Shown: positions 26,372 through 39,879, numbered from the stretch's first letter. The stretch: 64,000 nucleotides of DNA from Eledone cirrhosa (GCA_964016885.1 OZ024755.1:29264001-29328000); one strand, 5' to 3'. A program made the numbers and translations. Notes: generated by a model not told the origin, from the sequence alone.

Positions 26372-26386
26372 GCTATATATATATGA

Positions 26387-26506
26387 AAGAAGGTGTGGTA
26401 AGATACCAGGTGGACCATAACGAACCAGAGTACTCGATACTTAGCTCCTTCCGTTTCAACAGCTAGATCCGCACCCAGGTATTGAGTACTCTGGTGAGTT
26501 ATGGTG
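26387..26506 (-). mobile_element. Family B fragment with short inversion
   Basis: CCATAACGAACCAGAGTACTCGATAC .. GTATTGAGTACTCTGGTGAGTTATGG. Confidence 0.6.
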
Positions 26507-26522
26507 TAATATATATATATAT

Positions 26523-27237
<715 letters not shown>

Positions 27238-27283
27238 CAAGTTAAATAAAAAGTCAAATGTTTAAAATGTTGCTTCGTTTATT

Positions 27284-27338
27284 ACTGTTATATATATTTC
27301 AGTGACAGCCATCGTTGGCTGTGACCTCTTCAGGCAGT
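27284..27338 (-). ncRNA. Type I hammerhead fold
   Basis: Minus strand ACTGC CTGAAGA GGT-C-ACAGCCA ACGA TGGCTGT-C-ACT GAAA TATATA TA ACAGT, then AATAAA; one stem I mismatch. Confidence 0.72.
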
Positions 27339-27586
27339 CCAAATTAGTGTGGTATATACAAGTACATATGTTGTTGAGGTGCATAATTTTGTCAATACTG
27401 TGATATGTCCAATTCCTGGTTAGGTTGTTATTTCTCTGAGGAACTGGAATCATATGATGGCAACATTGTGGACCACATAAATTAGATTACCGATATAAAA
27501 CACACAGAAGCGAAAAGCGAAAACCAACCAAACAGTGAGTGTGTTCTGTTATTAATTCTGGCAATATTACCCTCCCCAAGTATAAC

Positions 27587-27600
27587 TATATATATACATG

Positions 27601-27661
<61 letters not shown>

Positions 27662-27952
27662 GTATATAGATATATACATATACATATATATATGTGTATA
27701 TATATATACATATACATACATACATATATATATATACATATATATACATACATAAATATATATACATATATATACATACATAAATATATATACATATATA
27801 TACATACATAAATATATATATACATATATATACATATATACATACATAAATATATATATATATATATTTATGTATGTATATATGTATATATATGTATATA
27901 TATATATATATATATACATACATATGTATATATATGTATATACATATGTATA

Positions 27953-27995
<43 letters not shown>

Positions 27996-28097
27996 GTATA
28001 TATATATATATACATATATATACATATATATATATATATATACATACATATATATATATACATATATATACATATACATACATATATATATATATAC

Positions 28098-28140
<43 letters not shown>

Positions 28141-28181
28141 CATATATATATATATACACATATATATATATATATATACAC

Positions 28182-28222
<41 letters not shown>

Positions 28223-28276
28223 TACATATATACATACATATACATATATATATATATATATGTATGTATATATGTA

Positions 28277-28317
<41 letters not shown>

Positions 28318-28446
28318 GTGTATATATATATATATATATGTGTATATATATATATATGTATGTATATATATATATATATATGTATATGTATATATATGTA
28401 TATATGTGTATATATATATATATATATGTGTATATATATATATATG

Positions 28447-28487
<41 letters not shown>

Positions 28488-28542
28488 GTATATATATATA
28501 TATGTATGTATATGTATATATATGTATATATATATATGTATG

Positions 28543-28575
<33 letters not shown>

Positions 28576-28678
28576 GTATATATATATATATACATATGTA
28601 TATATATATATATGTATATATATGTATATATATATATATGTATGTATATGTATATATATGTATATATATATATGTATG

Positions 28679-28711
<33 letters not shown>

Positions 28712-28732
28712 GTATATATATATATATACATA

Positions 28733-28771
<39 letters not shown>

Positions 28772-28786
28772 TACATATATACATAC

Positions 28787-28826
<40 letters not shown>
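27587..28826. repeat. ~1.2-kb compound (TA)/(TACA)/(TATG) microsatellite
   Basis: Direct reading. Confidence 0.95.
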
Positions 28827-28829
<3 letters not shown>

Positions 28830-29454
28830 AATATAATTTCAGCGAGATCGTATTGCGGCGGCCGCGGCCAACAGAATAGAAACACACACATGAATATATA
28901 TATGTACAAGAATGAGTACGAAGCTGTAACTACGTAGATATAATGCTGTGAATCCTCCCCTCACTCCTTCCACGTTACTGATATCGAATATATAAATTCC
29001 ATATTGATGACAGCAATGTTTTTATTCTTTGTTATGTCGATAAGACTCAGGATTGTGGTTCATAATTTGAAATGCAAATACACTGTTTAGCTTTTAGATT
29101 AAGTATGATAAGTTTTTCGCATTAAGGATATATTTAAATGTATTTAATTTTATCTTTTTCCCTTCGAAACTCATGCATTTGAAGGAATATTACAACTTTG
29201 TCAGATTATAGAAATCGGATTTTTACCATAATTGATAACTTCTAATCTTTGTATAGCATGGATTTTTTTAAAATAAATCGGATATTCTAGAACAATCTTT
29301 AATCACCAATTAGCTATAATCTTACGAAATCCTTTTACCTCTAAAATGATATTGTTATCTCATATTTTCTTTGCACTTTTATTTTGTTATTATTCGTTGC
29401 GTATTAATAAAAAAAATATAGAACAAATACATGTTTGCAATAGTAATAATAACA

Positions 29455-29944
29455 ATTGTTTGGTCGTTAGGGACAAGGCCAGCAATTTGGGGAATGGGGA
29501 AAGTTGATTAAATCGCCCATAGTGCATTACTGGTGCTTTATTGATCGACCCCGTAAAGAGGAAAAGCAAAGTTATCTTCGGCGAGTTTTTAACTGAGAAC
29601 GTAAAGGGCCGCAACACTATACCGCGAAGCATGGTGTCCGACGCTCTAGCGATACTTCTGATCTACCGCCCTAACAATAATAATAATGATTTCTACTATA
29701 GGCACAAGGCAAGTAATTTGGGAGGAGGGGAAGTCGATTAAATCGACCCCAGTACGTTACTGGTGCTTTATTTTATCTATAACAATAATAATTGTTTCTA
29801 CTTTAGGCACAAGGTCAGCAATTACCCAGTGCTTTACTGGTACTTTATTTTATCGACCCCGTAAGGATGAAAGGCGGGATTTGAACTCAGATCGTAAAGG
29901 GACGTAACTATGCTGGAAAGCATGGCGTCCGACCCTCTACCGAT
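29455..29944 (-). mobile_element. Cluster of three SINE copies or fragments
   Basis: 29455-29671, 29687-29778 and 29788-29944 match the reverse complement of the unit. Confidence 0.85.
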
Positions 29945-29994
29945 AATAATAATAATAATAATAATAATAATGGTGGTGGTGGTGGTGGTGGTGG

Positions 29995-30400
29995 TGGTGG
30001 TGCTGTGGGATTTTAGGATACAGATGGACAAGAAACTGGAACACAATAGACCTGACCTGGTGGTTTTGTACAAAGAAAAAAGACCGTGCCTGATTGTGGA
30101 TGTGGCCTGCCCATTCGACACGAGAGTGCAAGAGAAGGAGAGGGAGAAAATTAACCGATACCAGGACTTAAAGTGGGTGGTAAAAAGGATTTGGAACTGC
30201 CATGAAGTCAAAGTGGTCCCGATTGTCATAGGCGCACTAGGTACTATCTCAAAAAGTTTCCAGGGATGGTTAAAGAAATTGGCCCCTCCACGCTTTTTGG
30301 AACGTTTCAAAAGGCATGCTTGCTGGGAACAACAAGAACCCTCCGATACGTCCTGAATATCTGAGGCTGCAAGTAGTGGCTTGATATTCATTTCAACAAA
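29995..30400 (+). mobile_element. R4/Dong-like LINE restriction-like endonuclease fragment
   Basis: LWDFRIQMDKKLEHNRPDLVV..CLIVDVACPFD..KEREKINRYQDL..VVPIVIGALG (PD-(D/E)xK-type RLE). Confidence 0.88.
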
Positions 30401-30404
30401 CTTT

Positions 30405-30635
30405 CCAGTTAACTAACATCAATGACTGAGATAATAAATACAAAAGATAGTGGGAACTGCCCATATACTAAGGAAGATTCTGTCAATATAAGTACATCAC
30501 AAGTATAAACACCTAAAGATGCATGTGTGTGTATGTATGTTCGTTCTTGAACATGGCGGACCTTGTTGTCTCTGGATGTCACTGGATGTGACTTGGTGAT
30601 AACTCGTATGAACATAAGGCAAGATAAATGCAACT

Positions 30636-30689
<54 letters not shown>
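30405..30689 (+). mobile_element. Dong/R4-like LINE 3' end with (TAA)n tail
   Basis: GTAHILRKILSI-stop; UTR homologous to 16081-16300; (TAA)n at 30637-30689. Confidence 0.8.
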
Positions 30690-30690
<1 letters not shown>

Positions 30691-30779
30691 TTTCATTTAT
30701 TAGCCACAAGGGCCGACATGTAGGGGACAATACAAAGACAATAACAATAATAATACGGTTACAAAATTGACAACAAGAA

Positions 30780-31550
30780 AATAAGCCACCTATTTTATAT
30801 GGATGATTTAAAGCTATAATGCAAGGACAATGACGAGCTGGAAGGCCTTTTGCGGACAGTAAAAACATTTAGTGATGACATCGAAATGGAGTTTGGACTT
30901 GATAAGTATGCCAAAGCCAGCCACTTTCAAGAGGAGGAAGCTTATCAACTCAAACTCAGTTGAATTAGATGCTGAAACAGTCATAAAAGAACTTGAGCAG
31001 GAACAAACCTATAAATACTTAGGAATTAATGAGGGCTCTGGCATTCAGCAATGTAAGTATGAAAGAAAGGATAAGGAAGGAATGTTACAGGAGAGTACGC
31101 TCAGTTCTGAAATCAGAACTAAATTGTCATAACAAGGTGTTACCTATAAATTCCTTGGCAGTTCCCTTTGTCACTTATAGTTTCGGTGTGTTGAACTGGA
31201 ATATAAGTGAAATTAAAAGAATCGACACCAAAATCCGTAAGTTACTGACTTGTAATGGGATGTACCACACGAAAGCAGATGTGGATCGTCTTTACCTTCC
31301 TAGAACTCAAGGAGGCCGTGGCCTGATCCAATTTGAACTTAAATACAAGACCGTCAGTATTGGATGGCCAAATACTTTGGAACAACAAATGACTGTATGC
31401 TGAAACTTGTTGAAAAACATGAGAGAAGTAAGAAGCTTCATTCTATCTTGAAAGAGAACAACAATTATACTTCTGATCTCATGCTTGATCCCCAGGTTGG
31501 ACAGTAGAGGGATTTGTTGCAACTGATGCTGCTAAAGCACATAATAATAA
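30780..31550 (+). mobile_element. Dong/R4-like LINE RT C-terminal fragment (frameshifted)
   Basis: ISHLFYMDDLK, FSDDIEMEFGLDK, YKYLGINEG, INSLAVP.VTYSFG, ADVDRLYLPR.QGGRGL. Confidence 0.88.
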
Positions 31551-32384
31551 TGAGAAAAGCAAAATGACAAGAACAATTGGTATCAAAGTGGTGCAGAAAC
31601 CTCATTTCTCTTTGCAAAATAATCTCAAAGATAATGAGTTAAGATTTACTTCATAACCATTGTTTAAGAATACCAATAGAAATACCACTTGAGGCTTACG
31701 AATGAAAAAAAATATATATTCGTTTCGTTTTTTTTTTTCGTGTCTTTTTTTCAGAATACTCTTTATCGTTGTCTTTTTCAACATATATGCGTATATTTCT
31801 CTTTCTAATTTCTTTCATTATTATTTCCAAATGCATTGGATCTCTTGAGTTATACTGTAAAGCTTGGTTTGCTTTGATGCAGTTAAATAATTCGCGAAAA
31901 CCGCGTTTTCTAAAGAAGTATACAGAAATATTTTCTATGCAACAACAATAATAACAAAATCATTATCACCATGTTCAGCAATCATAAGAAGTAACACTAT
32001 ATCAATGAATTAAACATAATGCAAGAGTAATTTTTGTTCTAATATTCCCCAACTACAAAGAAGAATTTTCGTGGATTAGATGAGAAATAAAGAAGAATAA
32101 ATTATTGATAAAATAATTGTTGTAATCGCGCTTTAATTAGATAATGGCTGTAAACAAATCTATGTAATCATACATTGCGAAATATGGAATTATTAAGTAT
32201 ACAATAAGACGTTGGAGATAGATATAGGCGTTTAATTCATTCTTTCTTTCCTATACAGTAGCTGCCTAAATTAACACAGCCAATATAAATGCTCACACAC
32301 TCATAATTACACAAACATACACAAAAATAATACAAACGTATATATAAGCCGGTGTGACTATTAATATTGGTTTACGCAAGGACA

Positions 32385-32505
32385 AGTCGATTAAATTGAC
32401 CCCCGTGCATTACTGGTACTTTATTTCATCAACGCCGTAAAGATGAAAGGCAAAGCTAACTTCAGCAGGATTTGAACTTAGATCGTAAATGATCGTAACT
32501 CTATG
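32385..32505 (-). mobile_element. Partial SINE copy
   Basis: Match to the reverse complement of the unit. Confidence 0.8.
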
Positions 32506-32507
32506 CC

Positions 32508-32603
<96 letters not shown>

Positions 32604-33098
32604 GGTTGAGATAGATAGATAGAGAGAAAGATAGGTGGTATAATGGACAGATGGATTGATAAAGTGGTTGACAGATCAATAAATAATTTGAAAGACGAGA
32701 TACGTCATATACCCAGATAGATAGCGGGTATAAGTGAAGAATGAGATACGACTGGTTGGTATAGATAGACAAGCAGACATACAGGTAGATAGACAGATAT
32801 ATCAATAGATAAGTGAAGGGTGAACTATAAACACAATGATGTATTTATAGTTGACTGTAAATACTTTGTTAATAGGATAGCTTAAGATATCATATTAATA
32901 AGCAATTTAAAATACCTGTAATCACTAAAATAAATCTTACAATGTAAATACCTGAAATACTATAGGATAGGTAGCGTGCATTTTAAAAAGAAAGACTGCC
33001 GGACAGTTATATGAATTGGTGAATAGTTAAATTCCAAGTAAATTAAATTCTACGTTAGTAAAATACATAAATAATGGGGGTTTTTTTGTGGGGGGGGG

Positions 33099-33334
33099 GT
33101 CAATTTAATCGACCCCAGTGCGTGACTGGTACTTTATTTTATGGACCCCGTAAGGATGAAAGGCAAAGTTAACCTCGGTGAGATTTGAACTCAGATCATA
33201 AAGGGCCGTAACTCTATGATCTGAGTTCAAATCGCGCCGAGGTTAACTTTGCCGTTTATCCTTACGAGGTCGATAAACTAAAGTACCAGTAATGTACTGG
33301 AATAATTGCTGGCCTTGTTCCAAAAGTAGAAACA
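33099..33334. mobile_element. Head-to-head inverted SINE pair
   Basis: Minus copy 33099-33218 abuts plus copy 33216-33334. Confidence 0.85.
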
Positions 33335-34465
33335 AAAATGAATAAATGACACAATGAACGAATTGCGGTAGGAGAAATAGTTTCAATGTAATTTTTTTTC
33401 AATTGCTTTTTAAAAAAATGTTTCTCTATATTAAACGACGTCGCTCTATCAAGTTAATGTGAGAGAAATCAAGAAAAAGTAAATATAAGTATGAATAAAC
33501 AGACACATATATAAACATTAATTTTGGGTGAAAATAGGTTTGCTTCAAATCCTATAGATGGGGACAGGTGAGGGTGGAATCTGGGACGATTAAAAAAAAA
33601 AAAAAAAATGTTTTGGTTTTTTTTGCGTGTGTGTATGTGCATATATGTGTGTGCGTGTTTGTAAGAATACACAGATACCGACAGAAACTCATAAAATTAT
33701 AGAAATATTGTGAAGTACAGTGAATGGAGTATGGAGAGATTTCGTTAGCAATCACGTATGAAGATTCATTTAGATTTCTCACCTTCCGATTTTTATAGGT
33801 TTTCATAAATAATTTTTCATACGCCATGCTTGTTTTAATGATCATCCTTCTCATGTGCTTATCATAATACACGTGATTACTGTGTAATTATTATTCGAAA
33901 CTTTAGTGTCTATTTTTGATCGGCCATCATACAGTTCACCTTTGCTTCTACTCTCTCTCTATATATATTGCACTTACATCTATTTTAGTGAATATATCTA
34001 TTTTAGTGAATATATCAGTATAAAATATGCAGCTATATGTCAAGAATACTGAAGTATGTTCCCTAGCACATGAAAGTATCCGTAATTAAACACTTTATAA
34101 TTCACACATTGAATTATTAACGCCTCTTTCTGTCCATGTTACATTTTTAACTCGGTTACTCTCTTCAAAACATTATAATAGGAACTAGAAATTTTGCACT
34201 TTACAAATCTATACAAATATTTCTCTGAATCAAAGTAAATAAAGAAACCACTACGGGGGTCACTCTGCTTGCTAGAAATAAGGCAAATCTCCCATAAATT
34301 ACACCCTACAATCTTTCTTATAAACGTGTTGAGCCAACCCTTCGATATGATAGTACGAGATAAACAATAAGAGAATAAGATCAGATGATCACTTTTGGAA
34401 GCGTTTAATCGTAGGTAGGCTCATGACCGGGATATGAGAAGAGGATCATAATGATTGTCGGAAGA

Positions 34466-34661
34466 TAATTGTTTCTACTTTTGGCACAAGGTCAGCAATT
34501 ACCTCACTGCATTACTGGTATCACTGCATTATCAACCCCGTAAGGATGAAAGGCAAAGTTAACCAGTTAACCTCGGCGGGATTTGAGCTCAGGCTGTAAA
34601 GGGGCGTAACTCTACGCTATAAAGTATGGCGGCCGACCCTCAACCGATACTGCCAATCCAC
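34466..34661 (-). mobile_element. SINE copy just downstream of the gene, TSD GGAAGATAAT
   Basis: Match to the unit; direct repeat at ~34460 and ~34663. Confidence 0.88.
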
Positions 34662-34771
34662 TGGAAGATAATCGTATTACGAAAAACTCCACATGAAAAC
34701 TCTTCAGGTGATTTAATGGGAAATTAAAGCAAAAATTGAAAACAAAACAAATGTAAAAAATACTGCAAAAA

Positions 34772-34777
34772 TTTATT
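34772..34777 (-). promoter_or_regulatory. Candidate polyadenylation signal AATAAA
   Basis: About 23 nt after the stop codon; AT-rich context, so it could be chance. Confidence 0.4.
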
Positions 34778-34799
34778 TTTTATTTCTTTAATAAATCTT

Positions 34800-37685
34800 C
34801 TATGATGGATTATATACTTTTGAATATATAGGAATAATCACAACTTCAGGGTTTCGATGTAAATCTGGCTCTGAATTACGAGGTGTCTCTAGCCATGTAT
34901 CTGATGTTGTTGATGACGAAAGATCAATAAACAAATCGATTGTATCACTCATTCCATTTGATTCTTTTACTGATCCGTTAGTAGTTGATGATTCTTTAAA
35001 TGATTCATGTTTGTCAGTTGGATTAATTTCGGGGTTCATATTTGGTTCATCTGATTTACAGGGAATGCTATTGTCACTGCTCTGGTTATCCTTCTTTGAA
35101 TCATTTTCGTCTGGTGGCGATGAAGTAACAATACTGTCCCCCCAATTAAAAACAAAATCACTAATTGGCCAATGTTGTCTATAAGCTGATAACACTTCAT
35201 CCATTTGTCCCTTAAATGACAATGTTTTCAAATTCAGCTTCACAACACGCGATGAAAGTACATTTTTTAACAGAAGCGGAACAAATCCACCTGCCATGGC
35301 CGCTAATGTTTGGTTTGCCGATGAAACTTTGTAGACATTACCAAAGGCTAGTACAACTACTAACACAAAGGCAAGAAACACGACTATGGTTAAGAATTTT
35401 CTTGTAGCTTTAAGTAAGTTAACATAAACTGGGCCAGGTGACCCCCAGGTCCGAATATCGCACATGTCTTTAAATAATCTCAATGGTATTCTTGGAGTAT
35501 CGTATTTGTCCAGGAAAAGAGATAAGTGCCCAATGTTCCATCTTGCTTCTCCTTTGTCATTGTTAAATGTGGTTGGAATCGGGGTAACATCCGTTGGCAG
35601 GGACATCTGAAATGCAGCATTCTCTTGAACGTCAGCCGATTGTGAAGCTACTTCCTTGATATTGTCTGCCCTACCCATTAAAACCTCGATGATTTCTTTC
35701 GTAAATGTAACGTAATTTTGGTATACGTCTTGATAACAATCATGCATGTAAACAATAACTAGTAGACCCATGGTTACATATTTAAGAAGTGAAGAAGCAT
35801 TTACTATGATCCCCATCATAGTATATGTAGCCACCTGCAGAAGAAAAGCAAGGCATTCACTTACAAGAATTGTAAATGAGAAGAGAACAGTTAAACAATA
35901 AATAGCTACAGCACTTAACTTAATTATTCTGATGATCTGGTCTGTTCTACTTGGTTCAATCTCTATATAGTCAAATACATTGTTTTTATAGTTTACCTTC
36001 ATAGATTCCGTTAACTCCTTAAGCTTTCGTGATGCACGTTTGGGTAGGAAATGTTTTTTCTTTTTAAAGAGAGGAAATGCCCGCACTACATGTCGAAGTA
36101 TTGCTGTGATTAAGTAGATGATTGGAATGGAACATATAAAAAACAATAAACAACTTAAAGGTATGACAAACATCCAGTATACAGGAGCCAGTAATAAGCC
36201 AATAATCCCGAAGGTCTTAAACGGATTGAGAGCACATTTTGTAATCATTTGAATTCCTCCAATATAGGTAACATCTCGCATGCTTTGCAGAGAACCTCTT
36301 ATAACACCTTTCAATAAATCACGGCCATCTGGAGTTGCGAACCCAATTATGAAACCTGATAAAATATAACAGACATATGTTGTAATAAATATTGGATGAG
36401 TTGGAGATAAATATTGCAGGAATGTTTCTGATACGAAATTATAATCGACGTCTAGTCTATTTGCTGCAACAAACATACGACGGAAATTAAACACAGGTTC
36501 TTCATATACGTAATAGATTATTAATCTTATATAATAGGGCAATGGAATCAATACTAGCATAACAATTTTAATAAATGTTTTCATACATGTATGCCATGTG
36601 ATATTGTAGTTAATAAGTATATCTACAAGCCTTCCGTAAATACTACTTTCACAGCATTCGGTAAATGTAGAAATATTTTTTACTTTACATCGAATCAAAT
36701 TATCATATAAAGATTTCAATAGTCCAGATGGAGGATAGTTTCCTTCAACTATTCTTTTTCCTTTAACTTTGACAACTAGTTCACAAACCTGAATTTGCAC
36801 AATTGTCTCTTCTGGCAGGCTGGCCAGTAAATTGTTAAATTTGTTCCAAGACTTGGTGTCTGATTTTACCAGCCGTTTCTTGTACGTAACCACACAATCT
36901 TCATCATAAGATATGAAGAGATTCAAGAAAAAGGGTTGATTTAGTTTAACTGTGTATTCTGACATAACATATGCGGCATTGTACATACTTTGTGGTATTA
37001 ATAATGGTGAAAATAGTAGGATAATCAGCCGTAAAGCTGCGAGCAGCGTAAAGAGTATAGATATCCAAATTCCTAAATGTTCTTCCTGACATATAATTTT
37101 TCCGGCGGCATTTTTCTGACAACAGTAATTAACGAACTTAGCATAACCTTTTTCTGACTTTATTATCTGATTGCAAATAGATAAGTAACTCAGTATTTGA
37201 TCCTGCTTCAGATTATCAAGTTGAAATTTTCGAACGATATCCATTCTTTGAGGAAACGGTAATTCCCGAAGACAACCACTTGGTGAATCCCTGAGACGTA
37301 GATCAACATATCGCACACTCTGTGCTAAAGTGGTTAATGAGAAAATTGTATGTTGGAATGGAAGTTTCAGTAGAGTTAAGCCATGTTCATACGTTGACAT
37401 ATACCACACTTCTGGATTGTAGTAGTTCTTGACTTCAAATAAAGGATTTACAAATTCAGATGGGAAATCTACCCGTATATTCACCAATTCTACATCTGTG
37501 TAAACTTCTAAGAATTCTTTAGAGAATTCTGGTTCAAAGAAATATATATTACAATTAAAATTTGAGTGAGTTGTTGTAGTGTTGAAGGGTTCGTTGTGGT
37601 ATGTAACATTGTAGGAATTTACTACAGGTAGTATGAAGCTAATAGCAATTAGAGTGTAGATGAACGAAATGTCACTTAATATCAT
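34800..37685 (-). CDS. Uncharacterised 961-aa multi-pass membrane protein with signal peptide, whole CDS in one exon
   Basis: 2886-bp open frame of complex sequence in repeat-saturated DNA; hydrophobic N-terminus, Cys- and N-x-T-containing ectodomain, roughly 8-9 hydrophobic segments, low-complexity S/D/N/P tail. Confidence 0.93.
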   Translation of the reverse strand: MILSDISFIYTLIAISFILPVVNSYNVTYHNEPFNTTTTHSNFNCNIYFFEPEFSKEFLEVYTDVELVNIRVDFPSEFVNPLFEVKNYYNPEVWYMSTYEHGLTLLKLPFQHTIFSLTTLAQSVRYVDLRLRDSPSGCLRELPFPQRMDIVRKFQLDNLKQDQILSYLSICNQIIKSEKGYAKFVNYCCQKNAAGKIICQEEHLGIWISILFTLLAALRLIILLFSPLLIPQSMYNAAYVMSEYTVKLNQPFFLNLFISYDEDCVVTYKKRLVKSDTKSWNKFNNLLASLPEETIVQIQVCELVVKVKGKRIVEGNYPPSGLLKSLYDNLIRCKVKNISTFTECCESSIYGRLVDILINYNITWHTCMKTFIKIVMLVLIPLPYYIRLIIYYVYEEPVFNFRRMFVAANRLDVDYNFVSETFLQYLSPTHPIFITTYVCYILSGFIIGFATPDGRDLLKGVIRGSLQSMRDVTYIGGIQMITKCALNPFKTFGIIGLLLAPVYWMFVIPLSCLLFFICSIPIIYLITAILRHVVRAFPLFKKKKHFLPKRASRKLKELTESMKVNYKNNVFDYIEIEPSRTDQIIRIIKLSAVAIYCLTVLFSFTILVSECLAFLLQVATYTMMGIIVNASSLLKYVTMGLLVIVYMHDCYQDVYQNYVTFTKEIIEVLMGRADNIKEVASQSADVQENAAFQMSLPTDVTPIPTTFNNDKGEARWNIGHLSLFLDKYDTPRIPLRLFKDMCDIRTWGSPGPVYVNLLKATRKFLTIVVFLAFVLVVVLAFGNVYKVSSANQTLAAMAGGFVPLLLKNVLSSRVVKLNLKTLSFKGQMDEVLSAYRQHWPISDFVFNWGDSIVTSSPPDENDSKKDNQSSDNSIPCKSDEPNMNPEINPTDKHESFKESSTTNGSVKESNGMSDTIDLFIDLSSSTTSDTWLETPRNSEPDLHRNPEVVIIPIYSKVYNPS

Positions 37686-37707
37686 TTTCTGAATTCACTT
37701 CCAGAAA

Positions 37708-37730
37708 CTGCAAGAAGAGAAAAATCATAA
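37708..37730 (-). promoter_or_regulatory. Splice acceptor upstream of the coding exon
   Basis: Minus strand TTATGATTTTTCTCTTCTTGCAG|TTTCTGG, 22 nt before the ATG; implies non-coding 5' exon(s) at higher coordinates. Confidence 0.7.
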
Positions 37731-38231
37731 TTCGTTAATTACCTATTAAAATATACATATTTTCATCAAATACATGGTACAGAATTAAATCATTTTGTTT
37801 CATATATGTCTCACGTAGATTGGAAATCTCGAAACCGTATAGATATGATGAAATTCATTTAAATTAATTTGCATGATAGAATCGCCACATTTATCAAAGT
37901 GGTTTATGGCTACTAACAATTAAAAAATAATTTTAGAAACAGCAGGTGAAACTTCCTCAGATCACACTTTACCGTTTTCGAAAGGACAAAGGAGATATCG
38001 TATGATATAATCAGAGGAATTATGATTATTCATGCTTAGAATGCTGTAATCAGGGGTTTACCCGGTCTAATTTGTGTTACTAGTAATGAACAAACAAAAC
38101 CAACAAAAAGCAAAAGGAAACCAGCTTCATCAATAAGAGTAATAATTGTTTCTACTTTTGGCACAAGGATGATGTTGGATAGGAAACGAAAATACTGTAA
38201 AGATTTTATCTTTACGTCAATAGATTTAGAA

Positions 38232-38287
<56 letters not shown>

Positions 38288-38475
38288 GTTTGAATATGTG
38301 TAATAAGACCAAAGCAATGCAGGTATGAACATAGAAAAAAGAATGCAATAGTAAAAGAATTCGTCTTTCATATATATATATATATATATATGTCTTTGTG
38401 TGGACTTTCCAGGGATAACTTGAACCGTTAAGGTATATCAACCTTGGTCATGTCAAATATTTATAAAACAGTTTG

Positions 38476-38537
38476 TATTTTATCTGATGATAGCGTACCA
38501 AAATCTTTGGTACCCTTGAAATATATATAATAGAATA
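38476..38537 (+). ncRNA. Type I hammerhead fold, family A
   Basis: TATTTTAT CTGATGA TAG-C-GTACCAAA ATC TTTGGTAC-C-CTT GAAA TATATA TA ATAGAATA. Confidence 0.75.
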
Positions 38538-38679
38538 AATGTGGTTTTATAAATATAGTTTCCATTTATTTAATATCAATTGTATATATATATACATATA
38601 TATATAGTCAATCGACTTTCGTCAAATGGTCCGATGGTCTTTCCAATTGTTAATACCTTTTTATCGGTCGCAACTCCAG

Positions 38680-38805
38680 GTAGAAGGTGCAATGTGAAAT
38701 AAAGTGTCTTGCTCAAGGAGATAACGCATCGCCCAGTCCATGAATCGAACTTACAACCTCACGTTTGTGAATCCAATTCGCTTACCACTCAGCCACACGC
38801 ATTCA
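38680..38805 (-). mobile_element. Old tRNA-derived SINE of a second family
   Basis: Minus strand TGGCTGAGTGGTAAG (A box), GTTCGATTC (B box), CCTTGAGCAAGACACTT core motif. Confidence 0.7.
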
Positions 38806-39556
38806 CTTAGAACACTAAATCCCAATAAATAGAGATATTGGTGTTCCTCTGTTGTTTGTAATAATTCTATTGAAATACACGTCATATTACTGGTATATAT
38901 TTATCGAATCTGGAGAAAGAGGACAGTTAGAATCGAAATAAGACGACATAAATATATACCCCTAGGTTTAATAACCTTGCACTTATCATTTATACAAACT
39001 AATGGAAAATACGATGAGTTTGAAAATATCACATTTTTTTAAAGACTTATTCGAACATAAATTTTACAAATGAAAATATTGTTTACATAATTTCAGTTAA
39101 AATATATTTTAGTAATGAATCCTAAAGAGTGTAAAATCCTAAAAGTGTAAAATATCTTAATAGCTTTATTTGGGTAAATGTATGAAATACAATAAGAAAA
39201 CATAAATAATTGTAAATCATGTTTTCGACTCAGTTAATATCAACATCGCTTCTCCAGTAAACAGTATAGTTGATAACAAAATATTAGATAGTTGTTGAAT
39301 TCCACTTCCTCGCTTCTACCCGGTTTAATTGTCCATTTTTTTTCATTTTTCTGTTACATTATATCTATTGCACTTATGCTATCATAACACTTAATATCTT
39401 GTTCTGCTTAGAAATCATTTACATGTATAACGGTGTGTATAAGGTGATATAATCAATAGCTACTCTCTTTTCTAATTCATTATCAGAATAGACGGTTTGA
39501 TAAGGAAGTATGCTACTAACTCATTATTACCACGTTCAAATTCATAGTAGTGTTTA

Positions 39557-39879
39557 TAATTATTTCTACTTTTGACACAAGGCCAGCAATTATCTCAGTG
39601 CATTATTGGTACTTTATTTTATCGACCCGGAAAGGATGAAAGACAAAGTTAACCTCGGCGGGATTTGAACTCAGATCATAAAGACGTTAATCAAATAATT
39701 GTTTCAACTTTTGGCACAAGGCCAGCAAATTACCCAGTGTATTACTGGTACTTTATTTTATCGACCCCGTAACGATGAAAGGCAAAGTTAACCTCGCCGG
39801 AATTTGAACTCAGATCATAAAGGGAGGCAACTCTATGCTTCAAAGCGTGTCACCCGACCCTCTACCGATACTGCCAATC
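39557..39879 (-). mobile_element. Two SINE copies in tandem
   Basis: 39557-39683 and 39695-39879. Confidence 0.88.
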
